Shown here: piece after piece, positions 10,574 to 21,210 of the stretch | Layout of the letters: every line of letters begins with the position of its first letter | Position numbering within the stretch: position 1 is the stretch's first letter | Assembly (NCBI GenBank): GCA_947627855.1 | Contig: CANQXR010000011.1 | Location: 1,638 to 65,637 of the forward strand | Length of the DNA: 64,000 nt | Reading direction: 5' to 3' | Origin: an uncultured Clostridia bacterium | GTDB taxonomy: Bacteria; Bacillota; Clostridia; Lachnospirales; CAG-274 | Made by a program: the position numbers and the translations under genes | The notes under the pieces: generated by a model | Databases searched by the model: none | Told to the model about the DNA's origin: nothing | Seen by the model: only the letters and a program-made list of their open reading frames with translations

Positions 10574-11935
10574 TTATTCTTCGTCAAAATAATCAAAGCC
10601 ATAGCCGTCTTTAAGAACCTTGTCCGTAATGACAGGCAGCGCCCCATAGGGCGTATAGTGCCAGTTGCGCACGCCCCACGGCGTAGTTTCAACACTGATA
10701 TAGTCAAAATCTATACTCGGATGGAAGAAAAGCCCAAGCAGACAGCCCCTGTCCTCACAGCGCTGAATTCTGTCAAGCATATCCTCAAGCTCATATATAT
10801 TGTTGAGATAATATGCCGGCAGCGGCACATAGGTCACAGCTCTGCCGGAAACGCTTTTTTTCACAGCAATATCATCTGCCTTGAATATTCCGCCCTCCGC
10901 CTGAAAAATAACGTCATACACCGTTTCCGCCATGGCAAGGTCGTCTTTTGTCGCTCCGTAATGTGGGAATTCAAACGCAGAACCGTCATAGCCCAGAAGC
11001 TCCGCCGTATTCCTCGCAATAACAAGCCTTCTCGCCCTCTCCTCCCGGTCAAGGGAAGAAAAATAGCCGAATTCATAGCCGTCAGCGGAATAATATTCGC
11101 CGAACTGATGGGTATAGCCGTGAATGACAATTTTGCCGCCCCTGTCCAGAAGATAGTCAAGGGTATATAAAAAGCTTGCCGTATAGGTGGTGGTCTGCCT
11201 TGTGAAGTCCACGTCTATCCCTTCGGAGGGATTTATATATCTCATTATCCACGCTATATAGAACCTCTGAGAGCGGCTGTTCAGATAATCCCCCACAACT
11301 CTCAGCTTTTCAAGTCCCTCGTCCGTATATCTCGGATTTTCACAGAAGGCGTCCGGCGTTATGTCCTCAAGGCGCAGCACAGCAGTCTTGGGATTTTCCC
11401 TCACAGCGATTTCGGGAATATCTGACTCATCTGTTTTTCTGTAATATATAAACGCCTTGTCACTGTCAGACTCAAAGCGACAGGTAAGCCCCATTCCCTT
11501 GACTATTTTATAGAAGGAAATAAAACATCTTCCGTCTATCTCCTTGAAATAAGGGTTTATTTCATCATCGCCATAGCCCGAAAATATGAAATTGTCATAT
11601 ATCATACCGAACTTCTCGGCATTTTCGTCTGCAATGGCAGCTATACCGTTGTAGGTTTCCTCAAAAGGAACATACAGTCTGCCGTCATAAAAATAAGTGT
11701 CCACTCCCAGAGGTTTGTCGAGAAAATATATCTGTGTAGGGGCAGGTCTTGCTTCGGAAAGAAGATAAGCCCTTATATCCTCTGTTTCCTCCGAAACCTC
11801 CTCCGAACCCATTACGCTGTGCATAAGTCCGACAGCCCTTTCTTCCGATATGTCGGAACACACCGTCCATATACAGCACGCCCCGGCCGCAAGCACAGCC
11901 GCAGCGACAATGCCCCTCTTCAATATTTTATTCAT
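10574..11935 (-). CDS. Membrane-anchored DUF2334-like (polysaccharide deacetylase-fold) protein
   Basis: N-terminal signal anchor [22 protein letters not shown]-terminal half has [10 protein letters not shown] ... IHGYTHQ, typical of DUF2334. Start set at ATG 11935 to limit the overlap with accA to 8 nt. Confidence 0.55.
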   Translation of the reverse strand: MNKILKRGIVAAAVLAAGACCIWTVCSDISEERAVGLMHSVMGSEEVSEETEDIRAYLLSEARPAPTQIYFLDKPLGVDTYFYDGRLYVPFEETYNGIAAIADENAEKFGMIYDNFIFSGYGDDEINPYFKEIDGRCFISFYKIVKGMGLTCRFESDSDKAFIYYRKTDESDIPEIAVRENPKTAVLRLEDITPDAFCENPRYTDEGLEKLRVVGDYLNSRSQRFYIAWIMRYINPSEGIDVDFTRQTTTYTASFLYTLDYLLDRGGKIVIHGYTHQFGEYYSADGYEFGYFSSLDREERARRLVIARNTAELLGYDGSAFEFPHYGATKDDLAMAETVYDVIFQAEGGIFKADDIAVKKSVSGRAVTYVPLPAYYLNNIYELEDMLDRIQRCEDRGCLLGLFFHPSIDFDYISVETTPWGVRNWHYTPYGALPVITDKVLKDGYGFDYFDEE

Positions 11936-12722
11936 TATATTCCCCGAATCCTCTGAATCTCTTATATCTCTGCTCAACAAGCTCTTCGGGAGAAAGCGCC
12001 ATAAGCGCCGGAATTTCCGTTTCGAGATTATGCTTCACAAGGTTTGCGGTGAATTCAAAGTCAATATGCGCTCCCCCGGGAACCTCGTCTATAACCTTTT
12101 CTATAACTCCAAGCTCATAGAGGTCCTTTGCGGTTATTTTCATAATATCCGCAGCCTCCTCGGCCCGTGAGCTGTCCTTCCACAATATGGAGGCAAAGCC
12201 CTCGGGAGATAATACGGCATATACGGAATTCTCAAGCATCCATACTCTGTCGGCAGTAGCGAGCGCCAAGGCTCCTCCGCTTCCACCCTCGCCTATTATA
12301 ATTGAAATTATAGGCGTTTTAAGTCTTGAAAGCTCAAAGAGATTTTTTGCGATAGCCTCTCCCTGTCCTCTTTCTTCGGCACCTACTCCGCAGTAAGCCC
12401 CTGATGTATTCACAAAACAGATGACGGGGCGTCTGAATTTCTCCGCCTGCTTCATAAGCCTTAAAGCCTTGCGATAGCCCTCCGGGTGAGCGCAGCCGAA
12501 ATTCCTCTTTATGTTCTCCGCCGTATCCTTGCCCTTCTGAATGCCTATTACGGTTACGGGAATGCCCTCAAACCATGCAAGTCCGCCCACAACGGCATTA
12601 TCATCGGCAAAAAGCCTGTCGCCGTGAAGCTCCGTAAAGCCCTCGAAGCAGTGATTTATGAAGTCAAGGGCAGTCGGTCTTGCAAGCTGTCTTGCTATTT
12701 TTACGTTGTCATATGCCTTCAC
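11928..12722 (-). CDS. accA: Acetyl-CoA carboxylase carboxyltransferase alpha subunit
   Basis: [38 protein letters not shown] motifs. Confidence 0.9.
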   Translation of the reverse strand: MKAYDNVKIARQLARPTALDFINHCFEGFTELHGDRLFADDNAVVGGLAWFEGIPVTVIGIQKGKDTAENIKRNFGCAHPEGYRKALRLMKQAEKFRRPVICFVNTSGAYCGVGAEERGQGEAIAKNLFELSRLKTPIISIIIGEGGSGGALALATADRVWMLENSVYAVLSPEGFASILWKDSSRAEEAADIMKITAKDLYELGVIEKVIDEVPGGAHIDFEFTANLVKHNLETEIPALMALSPEELVEQRYKRFRGFGEYNE

Positions 12723-13636
12723 TGCTCTCCACCGCCTTTCCCATAGTGCAGCCTTATAAGCTCGGCAAGCTTATCCTTCATATCCTCTCTTTTTACTATA
12801 ATATCCACAAAGCCATGCTCCAGCTGGAATTCGGCCGTCTGGAAATCATCGGGCAGCTTCTGCTTTATGGTTCCCTCTATGACACGTCTGCCGGCAAAGC
12901 CCACAAGCGCCTTTGGCTCTGCAATGATTATATCCCCAAGCATTGCAAAAGATGCCGTAACTCCCCCTGTGGTGGGGTCTGTGAGAACGGAAATATAAAG
13001 TCCCCCTGCGTCAGAGTGCTTTGCGGCGGCAGCGGAGGTTTTCGACATCTGCATAAGGGAAATAATGCCCTCCTGCATTCTTGCGCCGCCCGAAGCCGCA
13101 AATATAACCACCGGCAGCTTATGGGCTATGGCATACTCAAAAGCTCTGGCAAGCTTTTCGCCCACAACGGAACCCATGGACGCCATTATGAATGATGAAT
13201 CCATCGCCCCTATAACGCATTCCTGTCCGCCTATTGTGCATTTTCCCGTTACAACAGCGTCCTTTATGCCTGTTTTCTTCTGCATATCGGCAATTTTTTC
13301 TTCATAATCGGGAAAGCCCAAGGGATTTGCTGCGCTCATACCTGCGTCAAACTCCGTAAAGCTGCCCCTGTCGGCTGTTATATATATTCTTTCTCTTGCG
13401 CCAAGTCTGAAATATTTTCCACATCTGGGGCAAATCTTATATCTTCCGGCTTCTGTCTTTGTTATTTCCTTGCCGCAGCCCCTGCACTTAACACTCACAA
13501 CCGCCTCTTCGGTCTTTGCCTCCTCATCGGCTTCGGTTTCGTGAGATTCAACGGCCTTATTGATTACTATATCGTCCTTTTTTCTGAATATGTTAAGTCC
13601 CAAAGGAAGATATTTTGATTTATTAAAAAGAGCCAA
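12719..13636 (-). CDS. accD: Acetyl-CoA carboxylase carboxyltransferase beta subunit (Zn-ribbon)
   Basis: CRGCGK...CPRCGKYFR zinc ribbon, then [10 protein letters not shown] and SGGARMQEG blocks. 4-nt overlap with accA. Confidence 0.9.
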   Translation of the reverse strand: MALFNKSKYLPLGLNIFRKKDDIVINKAVESHETEADEEAKTEEAVVSVKCRGCGKEITKTEAGRYKICPRCGKYFRLGARERIYITADRGSFTEFDAGMSAANPLGFPDYEEKIADMQKKTGIKDAVVTGKCTIGGQECVIGAMDSSFIMASMGSVVGEKLARAFEYAIAHKLPVVIFAASGGARMQEGIISLMQMSKTSAAAAKHSDAGGLYISVLTDPTTGGVTASFAMLGDIIIAEPKALVGFAGRRVIEGTIKQKLPDDFQTAEFQLEHGFVDIIVKREDMKDKLAELIRLHYGKGGGEQ

Positions 13637-13657
13637 TTTGACAATCTCCTTTGCATT

Positions 13658-14638
13658 TTATTTTTTTGCGGTGTATACGCCGCCCTCTCCCTTAACGCTT
13701 GTATAGTAGGTTTTGAAATCATAGTTTTCAAACGTCCTTAAATTATCTGTTGATTCGGAAAACAAGGGATTGGTTTTAAGCTTGTCCATCACAGTCGCTT
13801 CATTCTTATAATAAAGCTTTACAGGATTTTTTCTGAGCCCCGACAATCTTTTTCCGTTGAAAAAGTCAGTCATTGTATTCCTTCCCGGTGTGAAAAGACC
13901 CAAAAAGTCATAATCAAGTATAAGGGCATCATAGTGGTTATATACGGCATAATAGTCTGTCCTTGACGGCGAAACATAATTTCTTGGTCCCTCCATGATC
14001 AGTTTTCCTGAGGATAAGCTCATAGAATCCGGCTCATAGGGATTGTTGACATTCTTCATCTGCTCCAAAGTGCTTAATCCCGTACACTCTATGGCAAAAT
14101 GATTTTTGTTGTCAAGAATATAGTTATATATTTTTGACTCCGCCGCCTCGTTTTTATTTTCCTCTTTGTGTAAGGTAACCTCCCGACCCACGGGTCTTTC
14201 CAGAAGCTCAGGCTTTTTGCTGTCAACGGTTTTATATCCGTAATAAACCATATTTATAAGATTTCCCCTGAACTCGCCGTTTTCGTCCCAGTCGCTTTCC
14301 TGAAGGGCGGCGTGTCCGTTGACGTCGGTTTTGAAAATATAAAGCTCAGGTATTGCGTCATTATTGCCGTCGGCAATTATATATCTGCGCCCCTTTGCCG
14401 CCTTAAGCCTTTCCCTGTACTCCTTTTTAAGGTCTATATCCACAACGCTTACTGCCTTGCCCTCCGCCTTATATCTATCCTCATAGCTTAGCACAGCTTC
14501 AGCGGTCGTTTCCTCCGTCTTTGCCTCAACGGTTTTCGTCGGAGCCGGAACAACCGCCTTGCCTCCCGCCTCGGCGCTTACGCTGCCGCACAAAAGCGAA
14601 ACCGAAAGAACAGCGGCAAACAAAGCCTTTCTTTTCAT
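13658..14638 (-). CDS. Exported protein of unknown function embedded in the fab-acc operon
   Basis: Sec signal peptide MKRKALFAAVLSVSLLCGSVSA/EA; no motif I recognise. 24-nt and 21-nt gaps to fabZ and accD. Confidence 0.6.
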   Translation of the reverse strand: MKRKALFAAVLSVSLLCGSVSAEAGGKAVVPAPTKTVEAKTEETTAEAVLSYEDRYKAEGKAVSVVDIDLKKEYRERLKAAKGRRYIIADGNNDAIPELYIFKTDVNGHAALQESDWDENGEFRGNLINMVYYGYKTVDSKKPELLERPVGREVTLHKEENKNEAAESKIYNYILDNKNHFAIECTGLSTLEQMKNVNNPYEPDSMSLSSGKLIMEGPRNYVSPSRTDYYAVYNHYDALILDYDFLGLFTPGRNTMTDFFNGKRLSGLRKNPVKLYYKNEATVMDKLKTNPLFSESTDNLRTFENYDFKTYYTSVKGEGGVYTAKK

Positions 14639-14662
14639 AATAATACCCCCTTTGCTGTTGGC

Positions 14663-15085
14663 TCAGGCGATAACAAATGTAAGCTCGCCTTCAGCTACCT
14701 TCTTTCCGTCAACATAAGCGGTTGCCTTGCCTATTCCCGCAACCTTCTTAAGCTTTATGATCTCCATTTCAAGTCTGAGCTGGTCTCCGGGGACAACCTT
14801 TCCTCTGAACTTGCACTTGTCGATAGCACCGAAAAGAGGTATTTTTCCCTTATATTCCTCCATCGAAAGAATGGCTATTGCCCCTGCCTGCGCAAGAGCC
14901 TCCATTATAAGAACTCCGGGCATAACAGGCTCTCCGGGAAAATGTCCCTGAAAGAAAAGCTCGTCCATTGTTACATTCTTTATGGCAACTATCCTTTTGC
15001 CCTCCTCTATCTCAATAACCCTGTCCACAAGAAGAAAAGGATATCTGTGGGGAAGTGTAGCCATAATTTCCTTAATATCCATCAT
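14663..15085 (-). CDS. fabZ: 3-hydroxyacyl-ACP dehydratase
   Basis: [28 protein letters not shown] hot-dog motifs. Confidence 0.9.
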   Translation of the reverse strand: MMDIKEIMATLPHRYPFLLVDRVIEIEEGKRIVAIKNVTMDELFFQGHFPGEPVMPGVLIMEALAQAGAIAILSMEEYKGKIPLFGAIDKCKFRGKVVPGDQLRLEMEIIKLKKVAGIGKATAYVDGKKVAEGELTFVIA

Positions 15086-15088
15086 ATA

Positions 15089-16321
15089 TTATTCCTCCCA
15101 TCTCTTCAGGCAGACAACGCTGTTGTGTCCGCCAAAGCCGAGGGTGTTGGAAAGAGCGTATTCTATACGTCTTGCCTTTCCCTTATTGGGCGTATAGTCA
15201 AGGTCAAGCTCCTCATCGGGTGTTTCATAGCCTATTGTGGGCGGAATGAATTCATTCTTTATTGCAAGGGCAGTCGCTATTGCTTCAACGGCTCCCGTTG
15301 CTCCAAGAAGATGTCCCGTCATAGACTTTGTGGAACTTATTGAAATGTCATATGCCTTATCTTTGAAAAGCTCCTTTATTGCCCTTGTTTCCGTAAGGTC
15401 GTTAAGGTGGGTGGAGGTTCCGTGGGCGTTTATATAGTCCACAAAATCTGTGCCGGCTTCTTCGCAGGCCTCCTTCATTGCACGCCTTGCGCCCTCGCCG
15501 TCCTCTCTCGGAGCGGTAATGTGATAAGCGTCGTCCGTTGCGCCATAGCCTACTACCTCGGCATATATCTTTGCTCCTCTTGCCTTTGCGTGTTCAAGCT
15601 CTTCAAGAAGCAGAATTCCTGCGCCCTCGCCCATAACAAAGCCGGAGCGGTTTTTGTCAAAGGGTGTTGAAGCCCTGTCCGGATCCTCCGAGTTTGTAAG
15701 CGCTCTTGCGGAAACAAAGCCCGCAACGCCTATTTTCGTGATAGGTGCTTCGGCTCCTCCTGCCAATATCATATCGGAATAGCCGTGCTTTATATTTCTG
15801 AAGGCCTCACCGATACAGTGTGTTGAGGTTGCGCACGCCGTAACTATACAGGTGCAGATACCCTTTGCGCCCACCTGTATGGCTATATTGCCGGCAGCCA
15901 TATTGGTTATTGACATAGGTATAAAGAAGGGGCTGACCTTTTTTGCACCACCCTGATACATCTTTATTACCTGTTCCTCAATAGTGGCTATTCCGCCTAT
16001 GCCGGAGCCTACGATAACGCCGAAGCGCTCCATATTTTCCTTGGAAGTATCTATTCCCGAATCCTTCATACATTCATCGGCAGCCACCATTGCATACTGG
16101 CAGTATATGTCAAGTCTTTTTGCGGATTTCTTGTCTATGACCTCACCGGGGTCAAAGTCCCTTATCTGTCCCGCAACCTTTGCCTTGCTGTCCGAAGCGT
16201 CAAATTTGTCTATAAGAGAGATGCCGTTTTTTCCGTTTTTAAGTCCCTCCCAATATTCGGGGATATTGCCGCCTATGGGTGTAACGGCTCCCATTCCTGT
16301 AATAACTACTCTTTTTGTCAT
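15089..16321 (-). CDS. fabF: 3-oxoacyl-ACP synthase II
   Basis: KRVVITGMG, active-site ACATS, HGTST and GHLLGA motifs. Confidence 0.9.
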   Translation of the reverse strand: MTKRVVITGMGAVTPIGGNIPEYWEGLKNGKNGISLIDKFDASDSKAKVAGQIRDFDPGEVIDKKSAKRLDIYCQYAMVAADECMKDSGIDTSKENMERFGVIVGSGIGGIATIEEQVIKMYQGGAKKVSPFFIPMSITNMAAGNIAIQVGAKGICTCIVTACATSTHCIGEAFRNIKHGYSDMILAGGAEAPITKIGVAGFVSARALTNSEDPDRASTPFDKNRSGFVMGEGAGILLLEELEHAKARGAKIYAEVVGYGATDDAYHITAPREDGEGARRAMKEACEEAGTDFVDYINAHGTSTHLNDLTETRAIKELFKDKAYDISISSTKSMTGHLLGATGAVEAIATALAIKNEFIPPTIGYETPDEELDLDYTPNKGKARRIEYALSNTLGFGGHNSVVCLKRWEE

Positions 16322-16331
16322 AGCTTCCTCC

Positions 16332-17063
16332 TTACTGCATTACCATTCCGCCGTCGCAATTTACGACCTGACCTGTGATATAGTCGTTTTCGGCAAAAAA
16401 TACCGCAACCTTTGCCACGTCCTCCGGAAGTCCCTGTCTGCCGAGAGGTATTGCCGAGAGCATTTCCTTCTTGACCTCATCAGACAACACCTCTGTCATA
16501 GCCGTTTTTATAAAGCCGGGGGCGATGGCGTTGCAGGTTATTCCTCTTGCGCCAAGCTCCTTTGCGGCAGTCTTTGTTATTCCCAGAACGCCGGCCTTGC
16601 TTGCCGAATAATTGAGCTGACCCACATTTCCCGAAAGTCCCACAACAGAACTGAGGTTTATTATGGCGCCGCTTCTCTGTCTGAGCATTATTTTGCTTGC
16701 GTGTCTTATGGTGTTGAAGGTTCCCTTGAGGTTTATTCTTATAACATCGTCAAAGTCCTTTTCCTTCATACGGAGCAGAAGTCCGTCCCTTGTTATGCCT
16801 GCATTGTTTACAAGCACGTCCACAGAACCGAATTTATCCTTGGCGGCGTCAATAAGGCTCTTTGCCTGTTCAAAATCGCTTATGTCAGCCACAACGCCTA
16901 TACAGTCAACGCCGTATGCCTTTATGCTTTCCACCGTTTCATCAGGCACAACGATGTCATTTATAACTATATTTGCGCCTTTTTTTGCAAAAGCCTCTGC
17001 AATTGCAAAGCCTATTCCTCTTGACGAGCCTGTAATAACGGCTGTTTTTCCTTTAAGATCCAT
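16332..17063 (-). CDS. fabG: 3-oxoacyl-ACP reductase
   Basis: SDR TGSSRGIG, NNAGI, YSASKAG motifs. Confidence 0.9.
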   Translation of the reverse strand: MDLKGKTAVITGSSRGIGFAIAEAFAKKGANIVINDIVVPDETVESIKAYGVDCIGVVADISDFEQAKSLIDAAKDKFGSVDVLVNNAGITRDGLLLRMKEKDFDDVIRINLKGTFNTIRHASKIMLRQRSGAIINLSSVVGLSGNVGQLNYSASKAGVLGITKTAAKELGARGITCNAIAPGFIKTAMTEVLSDEVKKEMLSAIPLGRQGLPEDVAKVAVFFAENDYITGQVVNCDGGMVMQ

Positions 17064-17986
17064 TATTTAAGTCCTCCCAAAGCTTTCTCGAATGTTCTCA
17101 AATCTTCTATATTATATGCGCCCGTCTGTCTTGAAACCTTCTTCACAAAGCCCGTGAGGGTTTTGCCGGGTCCCATTTCCAGAAATGTATCGGCGCCCAT
17201 AGCCATAAGCTCCCTTACACTCTGCTCCCATCTGACGGGACTCATAACCTGCGCCGTAAGTGTAGGTATAACGTCCTCTTCCGAAGCATAGGTCTTTCCC
17301 GTGAGGTTTGACACAACGGGAACGGCGAAGCTGCCTATTTTAACGCCCTTAAGCTCCTCCTTCAGTCTGTCTGAGGCAGGCTTCAGAAGCGGCGTATGGA
17401 AAGGTCCCGAAACATTAAGTCTTACAACCTTTCTTGCTCCTGCCTCTGTGAGAAGAGGCTCAGCCTTTGCGACCTCTTGGGCATAGCCTGCAATGGCTAT
17501 CTGACCGGGGCAGTTGTAATTGGCAATAAATACTCTCTCCGGGTCTACCCCGTCAAGAACCTCCTGTATTTTTTCGCCATCAAGATTTATTACAGCGCTC
17601 ATAGCGCCCACTCCCAAAGGAACGGCTTCGGTCATAAAACGACCTCTTTTTCTCACAAGCCTTACAGCCTCGGAAAAATCAAGCACACCTGCCGAAACAA
17701 GGGCGGAATATTCTCCCAAACTCAGTCCTGCGGCAAAGTCGGCTTTTATTCCCTGTTCCTTTACAAGTCTTTCCACGGCGATGCTCATTGTGAGTATTGC
17801 AGGCTGTGTATACTCCGTTTCGTTGAGCCTGTCGTCATTTCCGAAGCATATTTCAGATATTTTAATGCCAAGAGCCTCGTCAGCCTCATGGAAGGTATCT
17901 CTGCATACGGCGTAATTGTCGTAAAGCTCCTTTCCCATGCCGCTGTACTGTGCGCCCTGTCCGCTGAATATAAATGCTGTTTTCAT
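17063..17986 (-). CDS. fabD: Malonyl-CoA-ACP transacylase
   Basis: FSGQGAQY and GLSLGEYSAL motifs. Confidence 0.9.
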   Translation of the reverse strand: MKTAFIFSGQGAQYSGMGKELYDNYAVCRDTFHEADEALGIKISEICFGNDDRLNETEYTQPAILTMSIAVERLVKEQGIKADFAAGLSLGEYSALVSAGVLDFSEAVRLVRKRGRFMTEAVPLGVGAMSAVINLDGEKIQEVLDGVDPERVFIANYNCPGQIAIAGYAQEVAKAEPLLTEAGARKVVRLNVSGPFHTPLLKPASDRLKEELKGVKIGSFAVPVVSNLTGKTYASEEDVIPTLTAQVMSPVRWEQSVRELMAMGADTFLEMGPGKTLTGFVKKVSRQTGAYNIEDLRTFEKALGGLK

Positions 17987-18003
17987 ATAATTATTCTCCC
18001 GAT

Positions 18004-18945
18004 TTAAAATAAAGTAAATATCCTGTCAAGGTCTGCCGTAAGGTCTTTAAGTATGTCCTCACAGCTTTCCTCCTTCTTCACAAGTCCCGCGATCTGTCCG
18101 CTCATGACAGAACCATTGTCAATATCTCCGTCAACAACAGCCTTGCGGAGTGCGCCCGTTCCCAAAGCTTCAAGTCTTTCAAGATCCGGCTCGTCCTTGC
18201 TCGCTTCTTCCTTTTCAATGGCAAGATATGCCTTTGTGAGCTTGTTTTTAAGAACTCTTATGGGGTGTCCCGTTATGTTTCCGGTAATAACCGTGTCGAT
18301 ATCCTTAGCCTTAAGTATCTTGTTTTTGTAATTCTGGTGTACAGTGCATTCGTAAGCCACAAGAAATCTTGTTCCCACCTGAACGCCCTGAGCGCCAAGC
18401 ATAAAAGCGGCGTCAACTCCACGGCTGTCGGCAATTCCCCCTGCGGCTATAACCGGAATCGAAACTGCGTCCACCACCTGTGGAACCAGAGCCATTGTAG
18501 TCAGCTTTCCTATATGTCCGCCGGACTCCATTCCCTCTGCGATAACGGCATTTACGCCCATTTTCTCCATTCTCTTTGCAAGGGCGACACTTGCCACAAC
18601 GGGTATTATGTTTACGCCGTTTTCGGCAAACTTAGCCATATACTTGCCGGGATTGCCTGCGCCTGTGGTAACCACCTTAACGCCCTCCTCGCATACCATG
18701 TCCACAACCTCGTCAACGAAGGGCGAAAGAAGCATTATGTTTACTCCGAACGGCTTGTCGGTAAGCTCCTTTGCCTTTCTTATCTCGGCTCTTACATGGT
18801 CGGCCGGGGCATTTCCTGCGGCGATTATGCCAAGTCCGCCTGCGTTTGATACGGCACTGGCAAGAGATGCATCGGCTATCCAAGCCATTGCCCCCTGAAA
18901 TACAGGGTATTTTATTCCTAAAATATCACAAATTTTTGATTTCAT
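18004..18945 (-). CDS. fabK: Enoyl-ACP reductase II (FMN, nitronate monooxygenase fold)
   Basis: YPVFQGAMAWIA, AAGGIADSRG, GAQGVQVGTRF. Position between acpP and fabD, as in streptococcal/clostridial fab clusters. Confidence 0.85.
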   Translation of the reverse strand: MKSKICDILGIKYPVFQGAMAWIADASLASAVSNAGGLGIIAAGNAPADHVRAEIRKAKELTDKPFGVNIMLLSPFVDEVVDMVCEEGVKVVTTGAGNPGKYMAKFAENGVNIIPVVASVALAKRMEKMGVNAVIAEGMESGGHIGKLTTMALVPQVVDAVSIPVIAAGGIADSRGVDAAFMLGAQGVQVGTRFLVAYECTVHQNYKNKILKAKDIDTVITGNITGHPIRVLKNKLTKAYLAIEKEEASKDEPDLERLEALGTGALRKAVVDGDIDNGSVMSGQIAGLVKKEESCEDILKDLTADLDRIFTLF

Positions 18946-18972
18946 ATTATCCCCTTTATAAGGCAGGCGCTT

Positions 18973-19209
18973 TCAGTCCTGCGCCTCCTTCAACTGCTCC
19001 TGTACGAATTTTACTGCATCATCAACTGTTTCTATGATTTCGGCATATTCTATTTTGATCCCGAATTCGTCCTCTATTTCGTTTACGATTTTGAAAAGAT
19101 CAAGAGAATCTGCCTTAAGATCTTCATTTATGCGCGTTTCCAAAGTTATTTCATCCGGGTCTATTTCCAGATATTTGGAAATTATGCTGCGTATTCTTTC
19201 AAAAACCAT
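18973..19209 (-). CDS. acpP: Acyl carrier protein
   Basis: 78 aa, acidic, DLKADSLDL phosphopantetheine serine motif. Confidence 0.9.
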   Translation of the reverse strand: MVFERIRSIISKYLEIDPDEITLETRINEDLKADSLDLFKIVNEIEDEFGIKIEYAEIIETVDDAVKFVQEQLKEAQD

Positions 19210-19221
19210 ATCCTTTGCCTC

Positions 19222-20196
19222 CTACAGCTCAACTAACATGGTTCCCCACGTAAGACCTCCGCCGAAGCCCGACAAAATTATTTTATCCCCTTTTTTCAGA
19301 AGTCCCTTTTCATTCATCTCCGCAAGAACGATAGGTATGGAACCTCCGGAGGTATTGCCCGTATTCTCTATATTGGAATAGAACCTCTCCTCAGGAACCC
19401 TGAGCCTTTTAGCGATTATCTCGTTTATTCTTACGTTTGCCTGATGAAGTACAAAATACTTTATCTCCTCTGCTCCGACACCGGTTTTTTCAAGGGTCAT
19501 CTTAATGCTTTCGGGAACCTTTCTCGTAGCAAAGGTGAAAATATCCCGACCGTTCATTTCAATAAACCTGCCCCTGCCGTATCCGCCCCTGAAATAGGGA
19601 TTTTCGTTTTGTCTGAAGCCAGCAACGAGAGCGCTCCCCTTGCTTCCGTCAGAGTGTATGTCCTCGTATAATATACCTCCGCCCTCATCGGACGCCTCGG
19701 CAAGCACTCCTCCGGCCCCGTCGGCAAAAAGCACACAGGTGGATCTGTCAGTCCAGTCCGTTATTTTTGAAAGGGTTTCCGCCCCCAGAACAACAGCCCT
19801 TCTGACACTTCCGCATTTTATAAACTTGTCAACAACCGAAAGAGAATAAATAAAGCCGGAACAGGCGGCGGAAATATCAAAGCATACGGCGTTCACACAG
19901 CCAAGAGCCTCCTGAACCATACACGCCGTACTCGGAGTGGAATAATCGGGCGTCACCGTGCCCACAATTATCATATCTACCGATTCGGCAGCCCAGCCGG
20001 CGCCTTCAATAAGCTTTTTTGCGGCGCTTATACAGAGATCGGAGGTGTTTTGGTTTGTGGAGATATGGCGAGATTTTATGCCCGTTCTTGAGGATATCCA
20101 TTCATCTGAAGTATCCACAAGCTTCGCAAGGTCATCGTTTGTAACCGAAAGGGGCGGCAGCTCTCTTTCAAATCCCACTAATTTAGTTTTTATCAT
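19222..20196 (-). CDS. fabH: 3-oxoacyl-ACP synthase III
   Basis: SAACSGF active-site Cys, HQAN, GNTSGGS motifs. Confidence 0.9.
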   Translation of the reverse strand: MIKTKLVGFERELPPLSVTNDDLAKLVDTSDEWISSRTGIKSRHISTNQNTSDLCISAAKKLIEGAGWAAESVDMIIVGTVTPDYSTPSTACMVQEALGCVNAVCFDISAACSGFIYSLSVVDKFIKCGSVRRAVVLGAETLSKITDWTDRSTCVLFADGAGGVLAEASDEGGGILYEDIHSDGSKGSALVAGFRQNENPYFRGGYGRGRFIEMNGRDIFTFATRKVPESIKMTLEKTGVGAEEIKYFVLHQANVRINEIIAKRLRVPEERFYSNIENTGNTSGGSIPIVLAEMNEKGLLKKGDKIILSGFGGGLTWGTMLVEL

Positions 20197-20660
20197 AATA
20201 TATCTCCTTGAACCTTATTTCTGTATCTTTCGTTTATAAAACCGTTTATGCGTATAAGCACATTTCTTGCGACCTCTGCCTCATATTCGCTAAGCCCTAC
20301 AATGGCAGCCTTTATCATCTCGAGATGGAACTTCTGATGTATCCTGTACATGATCCTGCCCTTATTCGTGAGAGAAATAAGCACATGACGCCTGTCCTTT
20401 TCAGACCTTTCTCTGATAACATAGCCCTTTGACACCAGATGTTTCACCGAAACAGTAAGTGTACCCATTGTAATGTCAAGCTTTTTCGCAGTTTCCGACA
20501 TAGAAACGGGGCTGTACATACCGATAGCCTCGATCGTATGTACCTCCGCCAGTGACAGATCCGCAAAAACGCCGTTTTTCTGAGCCTCGTCCTCAGCCCT
20601 CTGTATATCGTTATACAGTCCGAAAAACAATTTATTAACATCTATAAGCGAACTTATCAA
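20193..20660 (-). CDS. MarR-family transcriptional regulator, FabT-like
   Basis: Winged-helix MarR pattern (MSETAKKLDITMGTLTVSVKHLVSKGYV.RE....DRR), first gene of the fab cluster. Likely start is TTG 20660 behind GGAGGTGA; ORF-track start 20684 is also a TTG and has no RBS. Confidence 0.75.
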   Translation of the reverse strand: MISSLIDVNKLFFGLYNDIQRAEDEAQKNGVFADLSLAEVHTIEAIGMYSPVSMSETAKKLDITMGTLTVSVKHLVSKGYVIRERSEKDRRHVLISLTNKGRIMYRIHQKFHLEMIKAAIVGLSEYEAEVARNVLIRINGFINERYRNKVQGDIL

Positions 20661-20688
20661 ATTATCACCTCCCGCACCAATCAAATAC

Positions 20689-20717
20689 TTTGATTTTCAA
20701 ATAGTTTGACATTCAAA
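20689..20717. promoter_or_regulatory. Two adjacent TTTGA-N3-TCAAA palindromes (FabT-box-like operators)
   Basis: tttgatttcaaa-type half sites at 20689..20701 (tttga ttt tcaaa) and 20705..20717 (tttga cat tcaaa), immediately upstream of the MarR gene. Resembles the streptococcal FabT palindrome AGTTTGA-N3-TCAAATT (recalled from literature). Confidence 0.45.
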
Positions 20718-20831
20718 GTATATCCCTTTTACACCCACTTGTCAACCCTCTTTTTTCCACACCTGCAAAATCACTTCAAATCTATACGCTTTTCCCTTAA
20801 TCCGCCGCAGCTAACTGTCAGAGGCTCCTTT

Positions 20832-21020
20832 TCACGCCTTATCACATTCTTTCCGAATACCGCAGGACATATCCTCCTCCCGTTCTAGCCTTGCCCTTAT
20901 AATTGCATTGCGCGCACCTATAACTATATCATCCAGAATAGCATCGATCTCCGCCTGTGTTTTCACCGCTCTTTCCTGATTCAGCTTCAATATCGTATTT
21001 CCGTCCTTTATGATCTCCAT
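20832..21020 (-). CDS. Small hypothetical protein (62 aa)
   Basis: ATG 21020 preceded by GAGGTGA. MEIIKDGNTILKLNQERAVKTQAEIDAILDD...; no recognisable family. Confidence 0.4.
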   Translation of the reverse strand: MEIIKDGNTILKLNQERAVKTQAEIDAILDDIVIGARNAIIRARLEREEDMSCGIRKECDKA

Positions 21021-21210
21021 AATATCACCTCTATAATAACTTATTCCGTTTTTATAGCAGGACTGCCCTTTAAAGTCCCGACTTTTAAAAAACCTTACTC
21101 CGCTGCGCCGTATAGCCGTAACCGACAACCTACTATGTTTTTTGATTATACTACTTGAAATAAGGGCTTGATTGGATATATAATATATAGAAGTATAGGA
21201 GGAAACTATT

